This document shows positions 1 through 9,018 of a DNA stretch of 64,000 nt, one piece after another. Location of the stretch: assembly GCA_963695225.1 (NCBI GenBank), contig OY968762.1, positions 224,001 to 288,000 on the forward strand, written 5' to 3'. The notes under the pieces were generated by a model. It made no database searches, had not been told where the DNA came from, and saw nothing but the letters and a program-made list of their open reading frames with translations. The position numbers were made by a program, and so were the translations under genes. Numbering within the stretch: the stretch's first letter is position 1; every line of letters begins with the position of its first letter. The stretch comes from Vulcanimicrobiota bacterium (GTDB lineage Bacteria; Vulcanimicrobiota; Vulcanimicrobiia; Vulcanimicrobiales; Vulcanimicrobiaceae).

Positions 1-219
1 ACCGAAGTAACTTTCGCACGCCCGTTGGGCATTCGGGTCGCTTGGTCGGGCGGCGGCGCGCACTTCCTGTGCATCATGGGGCAATACGGCGCGGGCGGCG
101 TCGATTACGTGACCGTCGACGACCCGATCTACGGCCGCTCGGACGTGAACTACACGACGTTGAAGACTGCATATCAGGGCAGCGGGACCTGGACCCACAC
201 CTACTACACCAAGTATTAA
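1..219 (+). CDS. C-terminal fragment of a papain-like (C39/C70-like) cysteine protease, truncated by the window edge
   Basis: Frame reads ...RPLGIRVAWSGGGAHFLCIMG...VTVDDPIYG...GTWTHTYY; the GGxH and V-D-D-P motifs match the His/Asp half of a papain-like triad. The catalytic Cys would lie upstream of the window. Confidence 0.65.
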   Translation, partial: TEVTFARPLGIRVAWSGGGAHFLCIMGQYGAGGVDYVTVDDPIYGRSDVNYTTLKTAYQGSGTWTHTYYTKY

Positions 220-228
220 GGAGCAACG

Positions 229-825
229 ATGCCGCTTCTCGCTCCGGAACCGCCCCGCCAAGCCGCCGATGCCGTGCACCAGACGTTCCAGGCCTTCGCC
301 GCGAACGGAACCTTCAGAACGCCCGCGCTGCGCAGGGCGACCGGGCCGCTTGCACTCACGGAACCGCACCAGGTCTTCACGTTGGGGCTCGCCGACGTGA
401 TTGCCGGGAGCGGCTTGGCTGCGGCCAAACCGGCCGGTTGGCGCTATCTCGTGAAAGACGGAGAGAACGTTCTCGCCTCCGCCGAGACGGCGATGGGCCC
501 GACGGCCGGCGAGCACGTCTTCTCGGCATTCAATGAAAGCCGGTTCGTTGCCGCGACCGCGGAGGCGATCGGAACGGCTCGAGCGCTCCCGGAGGTCGCG
601 AAGGGCAGCTTCGAACTGCGCTACCTCCAGGTCCCCGGCTTGTACGTGTCGGCGCTCTGGCTCCACAATACCGGCGGCGGCGGCGACCTGCTGGTGCCGC
701 TGGCACCGTCGCCCCTGGACACGCCGGCGGGCGTGCCGGTTCCCGCCGCGCAATTCCTTGAGGAACTCGCGTCCAAGGCGAAGACGGCATCAGCGGTCGG
801 CCCCGCCGATCGCAGCGGCGGTTGA
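229..825 (+). CDS. Conserved hypothetical protein downstream of the protease
   Basis: Strong SD (TAAGGAG) before the ATG; GWRYLV and ELRYLQVPGLYVSALWL motifs; 9 nt after the protease stop. Confidence 0.75.
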   Translation: MPLLAPEPPRQAADAVHQTFQAFAANGTFRTPALRRATGPLALTEPHQVFTLGLADVIAGSGLAAAKPAGWRYLVKDGENVLASAETAMGPTAGEHVFSAFNESRFVAATAEAIGTARALPEVAKGSFELRYLQVPGLYVSALWLHNTGGGGDLLVPLAPSPLDTPAGVPVPAAQFLEELASKAKTASAVGPADRSGG

Positions 826-846
826 GCGCGGACGCGCCTGCGGGGG

Positions 847-1239
847 CTATCCAGCGGCGAGGCGGGCGAGCGCTACTCCGGCTAAGGCTGCGATGACGCC
901 GAGGACGATGCTGCCGGCGGCGTAGGCGGTTGCGAGGCCGGGGGCTCCGTCTTGGATCAGCGTCAGCGACTCGAACGCGAAGCTCGAGAACGTCGTGAAG
1001 CCGCCGAGGATGCCGACGGCGAGGAACGTCCGGAGTTCGGGCGTCACCCCGAGGGCGCGCGTCTGGCCGAGCTCGATCACAATGCCGATCAGGAAGCTGC
1101 CGAGCACGTTGATGGCGAGCGTTCCGTAGGGGAAGCCCGGGCCGAAGCGCTGGACGGCGACGACCTGGACGATGTAGCGGAGGACGGACCCGAGCGCGCC
1201 GCCGAGCGCGACCGCGGTGGCCGAGCGCCAGTCGATCAG
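847..1239 (-). CDS. crcB: Fluoride efflux channel CrcB/Fluc (probable CTG start)
   Basis: GGALGSVLRY, FPYGTLAINVLGSFLIG and GILGGFTTFSSF motifs; frame extends to a CTG at 1239 overlapping the DUF190 TGA. Confidence 0.93.
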   Translation of the reverse strand: MIDWRSATAVALGGALGSVLRYIVQVVAVQRFGPGFPYGTLAINVLGSFLIGIVIELGQTRALGVTPELRTFLAVGILGGFTTFSSFAFESLTLIQDGAPGLATAYAAGSIVLGVIAALAGVALARLAAG

Positions 1240-1592
1240 GTGGCGCCCCCCTTGCCGGAGCGCTCTTTTCGATAGCGGATGATCTCGACGTTTTCTAGCG
1301 TGACGAGGCCTTCGGGGATCATCGCGTCGAGCGTCGGCATCACGTCGCGGATGCGTTCCTCGCTATCGACGACCTCGATGAGAACCGGGAGGTCGGCTGC
1401 GATGTCGACGACGCGCGCCGCGTGGAGGACCGAGTGGCTCCCGTAGCTCTCGATGCCCTTGAAGACGGTCGCTCCGGAGACCCCGGCAGCGCGCAGCTTT
1501 TGCACGATCGCCGTATAAAGAGGTTGCCCCTCCCAGCGATCGCGCTCCCCCACGAAGATCCGTAGCAGCTTCCCGGTGGAAGGCGTCTTCAC
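1236..1592 (-). CDS. DUF190 PII-like protein associated with CrcB
   Basis: LLRIFVGERD, GATVFKGIESYG and DLPVLIEVVD motifs; adjacent to crcB. Confidence 0.9.
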   Translation of the reverse strand: MKTPSTGKLLRIFVGERDRWEGQPLYTAIVQKLRAAGVSGATVFKGIESYGSHSVLHAARVVDIAADLPVLIEVVDSEERIRDVMPTLDAMIPEGLVTLENVEIIRYRKERSGKGGAT

Positions 1593-1609
1593 GGTCGCTC
1601 ACCTTTCCG

Positions 1610-1638
1610 TTTACAGGCTCGGGGTCCTATGGTATCAT
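1610..1638 (+). promoter_or_regulatory. Sigma70-type promoter for rpmG-tRNA-secE-nusG
   Basis: TTTACA-17 nt-TATCAT with an extended TG. Confidence 0.6.
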
Positions 1639-1716
1639 CTGGACTTGAACGGGCCGCGCGTCCGTTTCTTTTGTGTTTTGAGGGCGCTCCGGCGGCCGGG
1701 ATAGATTTGAAGCGAG

Positions 1717-1881
1717 ATGGCGAAAAAAGAGAACCGGGTCATGGTGGTGCTGGCCTGTACGGCGTGCAAGCGGCGCAACTACAACAGCCAGAAGAACCGG
1801 CAGCACAACAGCGACCGGCTCGAATTGAGCAAGTACTGCCGTTTCTGCCGTTGTCACAAACCCCATAAGGAAACGAAGTAA
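1717..1881 (+). CDS. rpmG: 50S ribosomal protein L33, Zn-binding form (54 aa; absent from the ORF track)
   Basis: Hand translation: [54 protein letters not shown]. Confidence 0.97.
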   Translation: MAKKENRVMVVLACTACKRRNYNSQKNRQHNSDRLELSKYCRFCRCHKPHKETK

Positions 1882-1895
1882 TCGTACCGGACCTT

Positions 1896-1971
1896 AGGGC
1901 GGTAGCTCAATTGGTAGAGTTGCGGTCTCCAAAACCGTCGGTTGCAGGTTCGAGTCCTGTCCGCCCTGCCA
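1896..1971 (+). tRNA. tRNA-Trp (CCA)
   Basis: AGGGCGG/CCGCCCT acceptor stem, CTCCAAA anticodon loop, GTTCGAG T-loop, encoded CCA; canonical position between rpmG and secE. Confidence 0.97.
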
Positions 1972-1999
1972 GAATCTTTCGAGGAGCGCTACGGAGCAG

Positions 2000-2272
2000 A
2001 TGAGCAGGCCTACGAGTGGAGGCGGAACCACGACGCGTCAGGGAGCGACGCCGCCGCGCGCGAGCGCGCCGGTGGACCGTGAACAGCGCGCCGCGAACGC
2101 CAAGGCATTCATCGACGGCCTCAGTTCGGAGATGCGCCGCGTCACGTGGCCGTCCCGGCCGGAGTGGGTCTCGGCGACGGTCCTGACGGTCGTGCTCGTC
2201 GTCGTGGTCGCCATCTTCACGTATTCGATCGACTTGCTCTTCGGCCAGCTCTTCGGCCTCGTGCGGCACTAG
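2000..2272 (+). CDS. secE: Preprotein translocase subunit SecE
   Basis: EMRRVTWPSR motif plus one TM helix; upstream of nusG. Confidence 0.95.
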   Translation: MSRPTSGGGTTTRQGATPPRASAPVDREQRAANAKAFIDGLSSEMRRVTWPSRPEWVSATVLTVVLVVVVAIFTYSIDLLFGQLFGLVRH

Positions 2273-2282
2273 GAGAGCGTTC

Positions 2283-2855
2283 GTGAGCGATCCAGTCAGC
2301 GTCACAACCGGCAAAGCGGCCGAGCGCCGGAAATGGTACGTGATCCACACGTACTCCGGCTACGAGAACAAGGTCAAGGCGAATCTCGAACGCCGCATCC
2401 ATTCGATGAACATGACGGACAAGATCTTCCGCGTGCTCGTCCCGATGGAAGACGAAGTCGAGTTCAAAGACGGCAAACGGAAGATCACGCCGAAGAAGGT
2501 GTTCCCGGGCTACGTGCTCGTCGAGATGGACATGGACGATTCGTCCTGGTTCGTCGTCCGTAACACGTCGGGCGTCACGGGCTTCGTCGGTTCGCCGGGG
2601 TCGGGCGAGAAGCCGGTCCCGCTGCAGGAAAAAGAAGTGAAGACGATCCTCAAGCAGATGGGCATCGAGACGCCGAAGCTGAAGATCGATTTCGCGAAGG
2701 GCGATCGCGTGAAGGTGACGAGCGGTCCGTTCTTCGACTTCACCGGCGTCGTCGACGAGATCCAGCCGGAAAAGGAAAAGGTTCGCGCGCTCATCTCGAT
2801 CTTCGGGCGGGAGACGCCGGTCGAACTCGAGTTCTACCAGATCGAGAAGGTCTAG
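2283..2855 (+). CDS. nusG: Transcription termination/antitermination factor NusG
   Basis: WYVIHTYSGYENKVK, FPGYVLVEM, KOW domain, IFGRETPVEL. Confidence 0.98.
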   Translation: MSDPVSVTTGKAAERRKWYVIHTYSGYENKVKANLERRIHSMNMTDKIFRVLVPMEDEVEFKDGKRKITPKKVFPGYVLVEMDMDDSSWFVVRNTSGVTGFVGSPGSGEKPVPLQEKEVKTILKQMGIETPKLKIDFAKGDRVKVTSGPFFDFTGVVDEIQPEKEKVRALISIFGRETPVELEFYQIEKV

Positions 2856-2874
2856 CGGGCGTTTCGCGCGCCGG

Positions 2875-3894
2875 TTATTTCCAGCGCAGCACTTTCGCAA
2901 TCATCTCGGAGCGGTTGCGCGTGCCGGTCTTGCGCAGCAGGTTCTTGATGTGGTCCTGCACCGTCGTCGGAGCGATGTGAAGCCGCTTTCCGACATCGCC
3001 GATGTGCGCGCCGTCCAGGAGCAGCGCGAGGACTTGGATTTCGCGCGGCGAGATCCGGAAGTGGTCCGCGGCGGGCGCGAGAGGATCGCGCGTGCTGAAC
3101 CGTTCGATCGAGACCCCGATGAACAGGCCCGCGGGCCCGGAGAGCGGTTGGGTCCGCACGACGAGGAAAGGCACCGGTTGTGCCAAGCCGCGCTGCTGCG
3201 TCGCCGCTTCGTCCGTCCAGGTTGACGTCAGCTCGCGAATCGCCTCTTCGAGGATCAACGGGAGGCGGTGCTCCAAGCGCGCGTGCAACGGCGTCAGCGC
3301 GACGTGCCGCTCCGCCTCCGAGGAGAACGCGAGCACGATCTGCAGTTCTTGGTTGAGGACATAGAACTCCGAATCGGCGTCCCGGCCCTCGAGCGGCCGT
3401 TGAGGATGACCCTCGACGTGGAATCCCGCGAGCGCGTCTCCGCTCGATTCGAGGAATTGTAACGCCGAGAAACGCTCCGACGCCGCGTCGAGCGCGAATG
3501 CGAGCATCCGAATCTCGCTCGAGGAAAACGGGCCGAGTTCGGCGGTGCGCAGCAGCATGAGGACCCCGAAGTTCGTCCGGGTGTCGGCGAATAGCAGCGT
3601 GAGGCCACTGACGTAGGGGGAGGGCATCGCCGTCGTTGGGTTGACGCTCCGGCCAAGAACTTGCCGGCGTTGGACGACGAACTCTCGCTTCAGCCGCCGG
3701 AAGTCGGCTCGGTCGCTCGTCGATGAGAGCAACTGGTCGGTGTTTCCGTCCCCTTTGAAGCGGGCGAAGCTCCAATGCGATACCGGCACAATCCGAAGGA
3801 TCGTCGCGATGATGGCGCGAGCGGGATCGTCTTCCGGGAGTTCGCCAATCGACGCATACGACTCGCCGCCGACGTTGGGATCGAAATCCGACAT
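2875..3894 (-). CDS. LuxR-family regulator with a GAF-like N-terminal region
   Basis: C-terminal ISPREIQVLALLLDG...IAPTTVQDHIKNLLRKTG LuxR HTH. Confidence 0.85.
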   Translation of the reverse strand: MSDFDPNVGGESYASIGELPEDDPARAIIATILRIVPVSHWSFARFKGDGNTDQLLSSTSDRADFRRLKREFVVQRRQVLGRSVNPTTAMPSPYVSGLTLLFADTRTNFGVLMLLRTAELGPFSSSEIRMLAFALDAASERFSALQFLESSGDALAGFHVEGHPQRPLEGRDADSEFYVLNQELQIVLAFSSEAERHVALTPLHARLEHRLPLILEEAIRELTSTWTDEAATQQRGLAQPVPFLVVRTQPLSGPAGLFIGVSIERFSTRDPLAPAADHFRISPREIQVLALLLDGAHIGDVGKRLHIAPTTVQDHIKNLLRKTGTRNRSEMIAKVLRWK

Positions 3895-4059
3895 GCGCTG
3901 ATGCTGTGCCTTCCCCCCCCCGATTGCACGATATCGGGAAGGCGGGGACCGTGGTATCGTAGCTACAGAGCTTAGCGGGGAGCGAGATTCTCTCCTCGCG
4001 GCGAGGCGAGGCGACGGCGCACACGTTGCGACCGTCCGTTTCTCCGGAAAGGGGCGCGG

Positions 4060-4455
4060 ATGTCACAAATGCGTTCGTGCATCGCGGGTGTTTACCCGAG
4101 CAGCGTTCCGCTTCTGACCGCAGCGCTGTCGGCGGTCGGCTTCCCTTTGCCGATCGTGCTCGGCCGTCTGAACGTCACGGAGTTGGGACTGAACGTTCCC
4201 GACGTGCTCATCATCGATATCGACTCGACCGAGCTCGACGCGATGGAGCTGCTCCGTATGACGCGCTTCGTCTTGCGCGCGTGCGTCATCGTCGTCTACA
4301 CCAATAAGTCGAGCCAGACCTGGGCCCTTGAATGCCATATCGCTGGGGCAAACTGCATCTTATCCAAGGGGAGCGACGAATCTGGGCTCGTGGCCGGCCT
4401 GACGCACACGTTTGCGACGGGGTGCTTCACGGACCCGAGCATCGTCGCCGCCTGA
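4060..4455 (+). CDS. Stand-alone atypical receiver (REC) domain protein
   Basis: PDVLIIDID, VIVVYT and GANCILSK match the NarL-type receiver fold; no output domain; N-terminal acidic pair missing. Confidence 0.7.
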   Translation: MSQMRSCIAGVYPSSVPLLTAALSAVGFPLPIVLGRLNVTELGLNVPDVLIIDIDSTELDAMELLRMTRFVLRACVIVVYTNKSSQTWALECHIAGANCILSKGSDESGLVAGLTHTFATGCFTDPSIVAA

Positions 4456-4478
4456 CGCTTCTTGAAAGGCCCGCCATT

Positions 4479-4898
4479 ATGCTGATGAATTTCGAGCCGT
4501 TGGGAGACCTCGGGCAGGACTGCGTCGTCCACGTCCTCGGCGAGTGCGATTTCGCGGACAGCGGTGAGCTCGAGAGCGCGTTGAGAACCGCGGCCCGCGA
4601 GACCGGCGGCGTGTTGATCGCGTCGTTCGTCGATTGCTCGTTCGCCGATTGCGCGTGCCTGGGCGCGCTGATCCGCCAGTACCGAGAGCTGGGCTCGCGC
4701 CTGATGATCGTCGCGCCCCCGAAATGCGGCTTCCGGCGCGTTCTCGAGTTGACGAAGATGCGCCATGCGTTGCCGGTCTTCGACGACTTTGGCCGCAGCC
4801 TTCGCGCTCGCGCCGTCGCGCGAGCCGGCATGCGGGAGCCTCGCCTGCGCGCTACCCTGGAAGGTGGCCTAGGAGCGCTCAGTCCGCCGTCCGGATGA
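4479..4898 (+). CDS. STAS-domain (anti-sigma factor antagonist-like) protein
   Basis: VVHVLGECDF...CSFADCACLGALI...RRVLELT follows the STAS pattern; ATG at 4479 after GAAAGG. Confidence 0.75.
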   Translation: MLMNFEPLGDLGQDCVVHVLGECDFADSGELESALRTAARETGGVLIASFVDCSFADCACLGALIRQYRELGSRLMIVAPPKCGFRRVLELTKMRHALPVFDDFGRSLRARAVARAGMREPRLRATLEGGLGALSPPSG

Positions 4899-6138
4899 AC
4901 GTGTCCCACCACCACACGCCCCACGTGCCGACCAGGGACGAATAGACGATCAGCCCCGCGCCCCAGCGCGGGACTGCGTCTTTCACGGCGAGACCCATCA
5001 GGAGGAAGAGGAACGGCTCGAAATCGAGGGCGTGCCGCATCCCGAACTGGTACCAGCCGTTGAGGTAGTACAGGAACGACGGGCCGGCGACGAGCGCGAC
5101 CGTCACCCACAGCGCCACGACGAGCTTGCGCGGCTCGCGCGCCAAGAACGCGAGGATCAGCGCGGGGCTCGTGAACGTCAGCGCCACGCCGCGGACGTCG
5201 ACCTTGAAGTACGGCCACTGTGGAACTTGCAGCCACTCGACGTAGACCGGGGCCTGGATGAAGAAGCTGTAGATCTGGTACGGCAGGTAGCGCAGCCCGA
5301 ACGGCGAGCCGGAGGTCGAACCGTAGGAATCCTGGTGGTAGTAGAGCGTGTGCCCGATGTCGACGGGCGTCCCCCACATCGCTTCGTTGTAGGCGACCCA
5401 GGCGACCGCGCCGGCCGCTAGGACGGCGCCGAACGAGATCAGCTCGCGCGGTTTGCGCTCGCCGCCGGCGAGGGCTCCGTCCCGGAGCAGCCAGGCGTAG
5501 AACGGGAGCGCGAGCGCCAGCGTGAAGCGGCTCTCGAAGGCGCAGAAGGCCAAGAGCGCGACGAGCCAGCCGCGCCGCCGTCCGCCGAGTTCCAGCAGGG
5601 CGAGGAACGTGAAGAAGAGCGCCGAGATGTGGGCGAGGAACCACACGTCGCCGAGCATCGCGCACCACCACAGGTCGGTCCCGGCGAAGAGGAACAGCGT
5701 GAGCCAGGCGCGCGGTGCGAACGCCACGCCGAGCCGGGCCAGCAGCACCCAGCCGAGTGCCAGCGATGCGGCGCAGAGCGCGATCGCGACCCACGTCTGG
5801 TTCGCGTCGAGACCTTTCCAGAGGACGAGCGGGAGCATCAGGACCGCCGGCATCGGACCGTCTACGCCGTAGTAGTGGTCCTTGTAGAGCACGGCGTCCA
5901 TCCACTTCCCGGGATAGTCCATCCACATCCGGCCGTGCAGCCAGGCGTACGCGACCCGGACGTAGTTGTTGAAGGCCGTCGAGCGGCCGTGCGAGGCGAT
6001 CAGGAGCGGGGCGAGCGAGAGGAGCGCGGCGGCAAGGCCCTGCACGGCGTGATTGTGCGCAAGCCCCCGCGAGCCCGCGTCCCACGTGGGCGAGGCTGTT
6101 TCACTCGGTGCGGTAATCGATGCACCGGCAGTCGGCAT
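4879..6138 (-). CDS. Polytopic membrane protein, GT-C glycosyltransferase-like
   Basis: About 10 TM segments, N-terminal aromatic loop, GWYQFGMRHALD; start may be 6138 or 6153. Confidence 0.6.
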   Translation of the reverse strand: MPTAGASITAPSETASPTWDAGSRGLAHNHAVQGLAAALLSLAPLLIASHGRSTAFNNYVRVAYAWLHGRMWMDYPGKWMDAVLYKDHYYGVDGPMPAVLMLPLVLWKGLDANQTWVAIALCAASLALGWVLLARLGVAFAPRAWLTLFLFAGTDLWWCAMLGDVWFLAHISALFFTFLALLELGGRRRGWLVALLAFCAFESRFTLALALPFYAWLLRDGALAGGERKPRELISFGAVLAAGAVAWVAYNEAMWGTPVDIGHTLYYHQDSYGSTSGSPFGLRYLPYQIYSFFIQAPVYVEWLQVPQWPYFKVDVRGVALTFTSPALILAFLAREPRKLVVALWVTVALVAGPSFLYYLNGWYQFGMRHALDFEPFLFLLMGLAVKDAVPRWGAGLIVYSSLVGTWGVWWWDTFIRTAD

Positions 6139-6182
6139 TGCGTAGCGCTTCATTCCCTGTCGCGGCGTCCCTCCTCGGCGTA

Positions 6183-6211
6183 TTCACGGATTGCGGCGGA
6201 CATGCTATACT
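6183..6211 (+). promoter_or_regulatory. Sigma70-type promoter for rplK-rplA
   Basis: TTCACG-17 nt-TATACT with an extended TG. Confidence 0.6.
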
Positions 6212-6305
6212 CCCGGGGTTGCGTCGATGAGGCCCTACCCCGGCCCGACGCCGTTTACGAGGGGGAGAGGTTGCCCGCCGGGGCCGCCATCGTCAGGAGA
6301 ATTTC

Positions 6306-6728
6306 GTGGCTAAGAAAGTCGTCGGCAAGATCGGCCTTGCGCTGAACGCCGGCAAAGCGACGCCGGCACCGCCGGTCGGCCCCGCGCTTGGGCCGTACTC
6401 GCTGAACATCATGGATTTCTGCAAGCAGTACAACGAGCGCACGAAGAACGACGTCGGGATGGTGATCCCGGTCGAGATCACGGTCTTCGAGGATCGGACG
6501 TTCACGTTCGTCACGAAGACGCCGCCGGCGTCGTTTTTGATCAAGAAGGCGCTCGGCCTCGAGTCGGGCTCGGCGATTCCGAACCGCACGAAGGTCGGCA
6601 AGCTCTCGCAAGCGCAGCTCGAGGAGATCGCCAAGACGAAGATGCCGGATCTCAACGCGAACGATCTCGAGATGGCCAAGCGCATCGTCGCCGGCACCGC
6701 GCGCTCCATGGGCGTGGAGGTCGCATAA
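6306..6728 (+). CDS. rplK: 50S ribosomal protein L11
   Basis: [22 protein letters not shown]. Confidence 0.99.
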   Translation: MAKKVVGKIGLALNAGKATPAPPVGPALGPYSLNIMDFCKQYNERTKNDVGMVIPVEITVFEDRTFTFVTKTPPASFLIKKALGLESGSAIPNRTKVGKLSQAQLEEIAKTKMPDLNANDLEMAKRIVAGTARSMGVEVA

Positions 6729-7438
6729 TGGCCAAGCGTCCGGGGAAGAAGTATCGCGCGCTGGCGGCCTCGTTCGACCAGGCGAAGTTGTTCGGCGCCG
6801 CCGAAGCGGCCGCGCTCGTCAAGCAAAATGCGAAAGCGAAGTTCGACGAGACGGTCGAGATCCACGTGCGTCTCGGCGTCGACCCGAAGAAGAGCGATCA
6901 GAACGTACGCGGCACGGTCTTGCTACCGCACGGGACGGGCCGCAAAGTCCGCGTGATCGCGTTCGCGAAGGGCGACAAGGCCAAGGACGCGGCGGCCGCC
7001 GGTGCGGACGTCGTCGGCGAGATGGATCTCATCGACCGCGTGAAGGCCGGTTTCGCGGATTTCGACGTCTGCGTCGCGACGCCCGACATGATGGGCGCCG
7101 TCGGTTCGAACCTCGGCCGCATCCTCGCGCAGAAGATGCCGAATCCGAAATCGGGGACCGTCACGCCGAACATCGGCGCAGCGATCCGCGACATCAAGGC
7201 CGGTAAGGTCGAATACCGCCTCGACAAGTCGGGCATCGTGCACACGATCGTCGGGAAGGCGAGCTTCGGCGAAGAGCAACTCGTCGAGAACGTCGCGACG
7301 CTGCTCGACGCGCTCGTCCGCGCGAAACCCTCAGCGGCGAAGGGCACGTACCTGCGCAGCATTACGCTCGCGAGCACGATGGGCCCCGGCGTGAAGGTCG
7401 ATCCGACCCGCATCCGCCCGACCGCCGCTACGAGCTGA
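6728..7438 (+). CDS. rplA: 50S ribosomal protein L1
   Basis: [29 protein letters not shown]. Confidence 0.99.
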   Translation: MAKRPGKKYRALAASFDQAKLFGAAEAAALVKQNAKAKFDETVEIHVRLGVDPKKSDQNVRGTVLLPHGTGRKVRVIAFAKGDKAKDAAAAGADVVGEMDLIDRVKAGFADFDVCVATPDMMGAVGSNLGRILAQKMPNPKSGTVTPNIGAAIRDIKAGKVEYRLDKSGIVHTIVGKASFGEEQLVENVATLLDALVRAKPSAAKGTYLRSITLASTMGPGVKVDPTRIRPTAATS

Positions 7439-7466
7439 CGTTCGGCGGAAGGCGCGGCGCCAAATC

Positions 7467-7504
7467 ATGCGGCTCGCCGGCGACGGCGGGCCGCATCTTC
7501 GTTT
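7467..7504. terminator. Hairpin between convergent rplA and MFS genes
   Basis: ATGCGGCTCGCC / GGCGGGCCGCAT stem followed by CTTCGTTT. Confidence 0.55.
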
Positions 7505-8747
7505 ACGGCTCGGCGACCGCGCTCAGCGCTTCCGGCGAAGATTCGTGCAAGCGGTCCGCGTTGCGCAATTGCGGGAACAGCGCGGCCCAGGCAGCGACGA
7601 CGACGAGCGTGCCGATGCCGCCCGCCACGACGGACGTCACCGTTCCGAGCAGCGCCGCGAGCGCTCCTGATTCGAACGCGCCGAGCTCGTTCGACGCGCC
7701 GATGAAAACGTTCTCGGCTGCGTTGACGCGCCCGCGCATCGCGTCCGGCGTATTGTGCCGCAACAGCCCGACGCGAATCACGACGCTGACCATATCGCTG
7801 GCCCCGATCAGCGCCAGCATCGCGAGCGAAAGCGCCACGTTCCGTGACAGCGCGAAAACGAGCGTCGCCACACCGAACGTCGCAACCGCCGTCAGCAGCA
7901 GCGCCCCGATGCGCCGCTCCGGCGGGCGGCGCGCAAACCAGAGCGCCGCGAGTGCGGCCCCGGCGGCCGGTGCGCTGCGCAGAAACCCAAGCCCGACGGG
8001 GCCGACCCGTAAGATCTCGTCCGCATAGATCGGCAAGATCGCGGTGACCCCGCCGAAGAGCACCGCGAACAGATCGAGCGAGATCGCCCCTAGGATGATC
8101 GGCCGCCGCAGGATGAAGCGAACCCCTTCGAGCGCCGAGGCCATCGTCGGCGCTCCGTCCTCGTGCACCGGCCGTTCCACCCGCAAGAACGCGAACGCAC
8201 CGGCAGCGAGCACGAGCAGCGCCCCGCTGACGCCGAACGCCACCGGCGTCCCGAACGCAACCAACACCCCGCCGAGCGCCGGCCCACCGATCACGGTGAG
8301 TTCGCGCGCCGACGAATACAACGCCGTTCCGCGCATGAAAGCACTCGCCGGCAGGATGCTCGGAAGCAACGTCCGCTCGGCGGGCGCCGTGAACGCCCGG
8401 GCGATCCCGATGACGGCGAGCACCGCGAGGAACGCGGGCACTTGCCGCTCCCCCTCAGCCACCAGCGCGACGAATGCGAACGACCCGAGCGCCTCCGTAG
8501 AGATTCCGAGCGTGACGATCCGCGTGCGATCGTACCGGTCGGCGGCCACTCCGGCGGGGAGCGAGAGAACGAATGTAGGCAGAAAGAGCACGAGCCCGAC
8601 AAGGCCGAGATCGAGCGCGCGATGATCGAGCGAGAAGATGTGCCAACCGATCGCGACGCCCTGGATCTGGACCGCGCAATCGCCGAACAGCGCCCCGAAA
8701 AAGAAGCGGCGGTATTTTGGATCGGCGAAAACCGGCAGGCCTTGCAG
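7503..8747 (-). CDS. MFS transporter (MFS_3/EntS-like), probable CTG start
   Basis: GVAADRYDRTRI motif A and TPDAMRGRV; the frame continues upstream of the ORF-track start through YRRFFFG...QIQGVAIGW to a CTG 8 nt after GGAG. Confidence 0.88.
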   Translation of the reverse strand: MQGLPVFADPKYRRFFFGALFGDCAVQIQGVAIGWHIFSLDHRALDLGLVGLVLFLPTFVLSLPAGVAADRYDRTRIVTLGISTEALGSFAFVALVAEGERQVPAFLAVLAVIGIARAFTAPAERTLLPSILPASAFMRGTALYSSARELTVIGGPALGGVLVAFGTPVAFGVSGALLVLAAGAFAFLRVERPVHEDGAPTMASALEGVRFILRRPIILGAISLDLFAVLFGGVTAILPIYADEILRVGPVGLGFLRSAPAAGAALAALWFARRPPERRIGALLLTAVATFGVATLVFALSRNVALSLAMLALIGASDMVSVVIRVGLLRHNTPDAMRGRVNAAENVFIGASNELGAFESGALAALLGTVTSVVAGGIGTLVVVAAWAALFPQLRNADRLHESSPEALSAVAEP

Positions 8748-8881
8748 AGTCGAGTCTCCATGCTCGCCGGGCCGGAGGAGTGCACGGCTGAGAGAAACAC
8801 GCGGCTCCTCTCTTAGAGGCGCCGATCCCTCCCAACAGGAAGCCGGGCAGCCGTTTCCACTTGCCCGCGGGAATGCGCGGT

Positions 8882-8910
8882 TTGACGTCCGCGCGGCGCC
8901 GTGTTAGCAT
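8882..8910 (+). promoter_or_regulatory. Sigma70-type promoter feeding a leaderless uORF
   Basis: TTGACG-17 nt-TAGCAT with an extended TG; ATG begins 7 nt downstream. Confidence 0.7.
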
Positions 8911-8917
8911 CCCCGCA

Positions 8918-8992
8918 ATGTCCCAAGCCTTCGCATCGCCGGAGAATCGCTGTCGCCCTTCGCGAAGACGGGAGAGGCATTTTTCCGTGTGA
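8918..8992 (+). CDS. Putative leaderless leader peptide, 24 aa ([24 protein letters not shown])
   Basis: ATG at the predicted +1; single Cys codon at 8951; overlaps the antiterminator strand 8969-8977. Confidence 0.6.
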   Translation: MSQAFASPENRCRPSRRRERHFSV

Positions 8993-9018
8993 CGCGTCGG
9001 CGCCGCATCGAACTCCGC

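Noticed and set aside
1593..1716. Fluoride riboswitch upstream of DUF190-crcB
   Set aside because: No GGCGATGG...CTGATG..CC consensus visible by eye; the region is explained by the divergent rpmG promoter. An Rfam scan would settle it.
6255..6300. L1-binding leader upstream of rplK
   Set aside because: The GGGAG...CCGCCATC segment is only loosely similar; too weak to call without a covariance model.
8770..8880. TPP riboswitch suggested by GGAG...GCTGAGA on the plus strand
   Set aside because: The downstream ACCTGA...TAAT...CGTAGG core is missing, and the motif lies upstream of the promoter.
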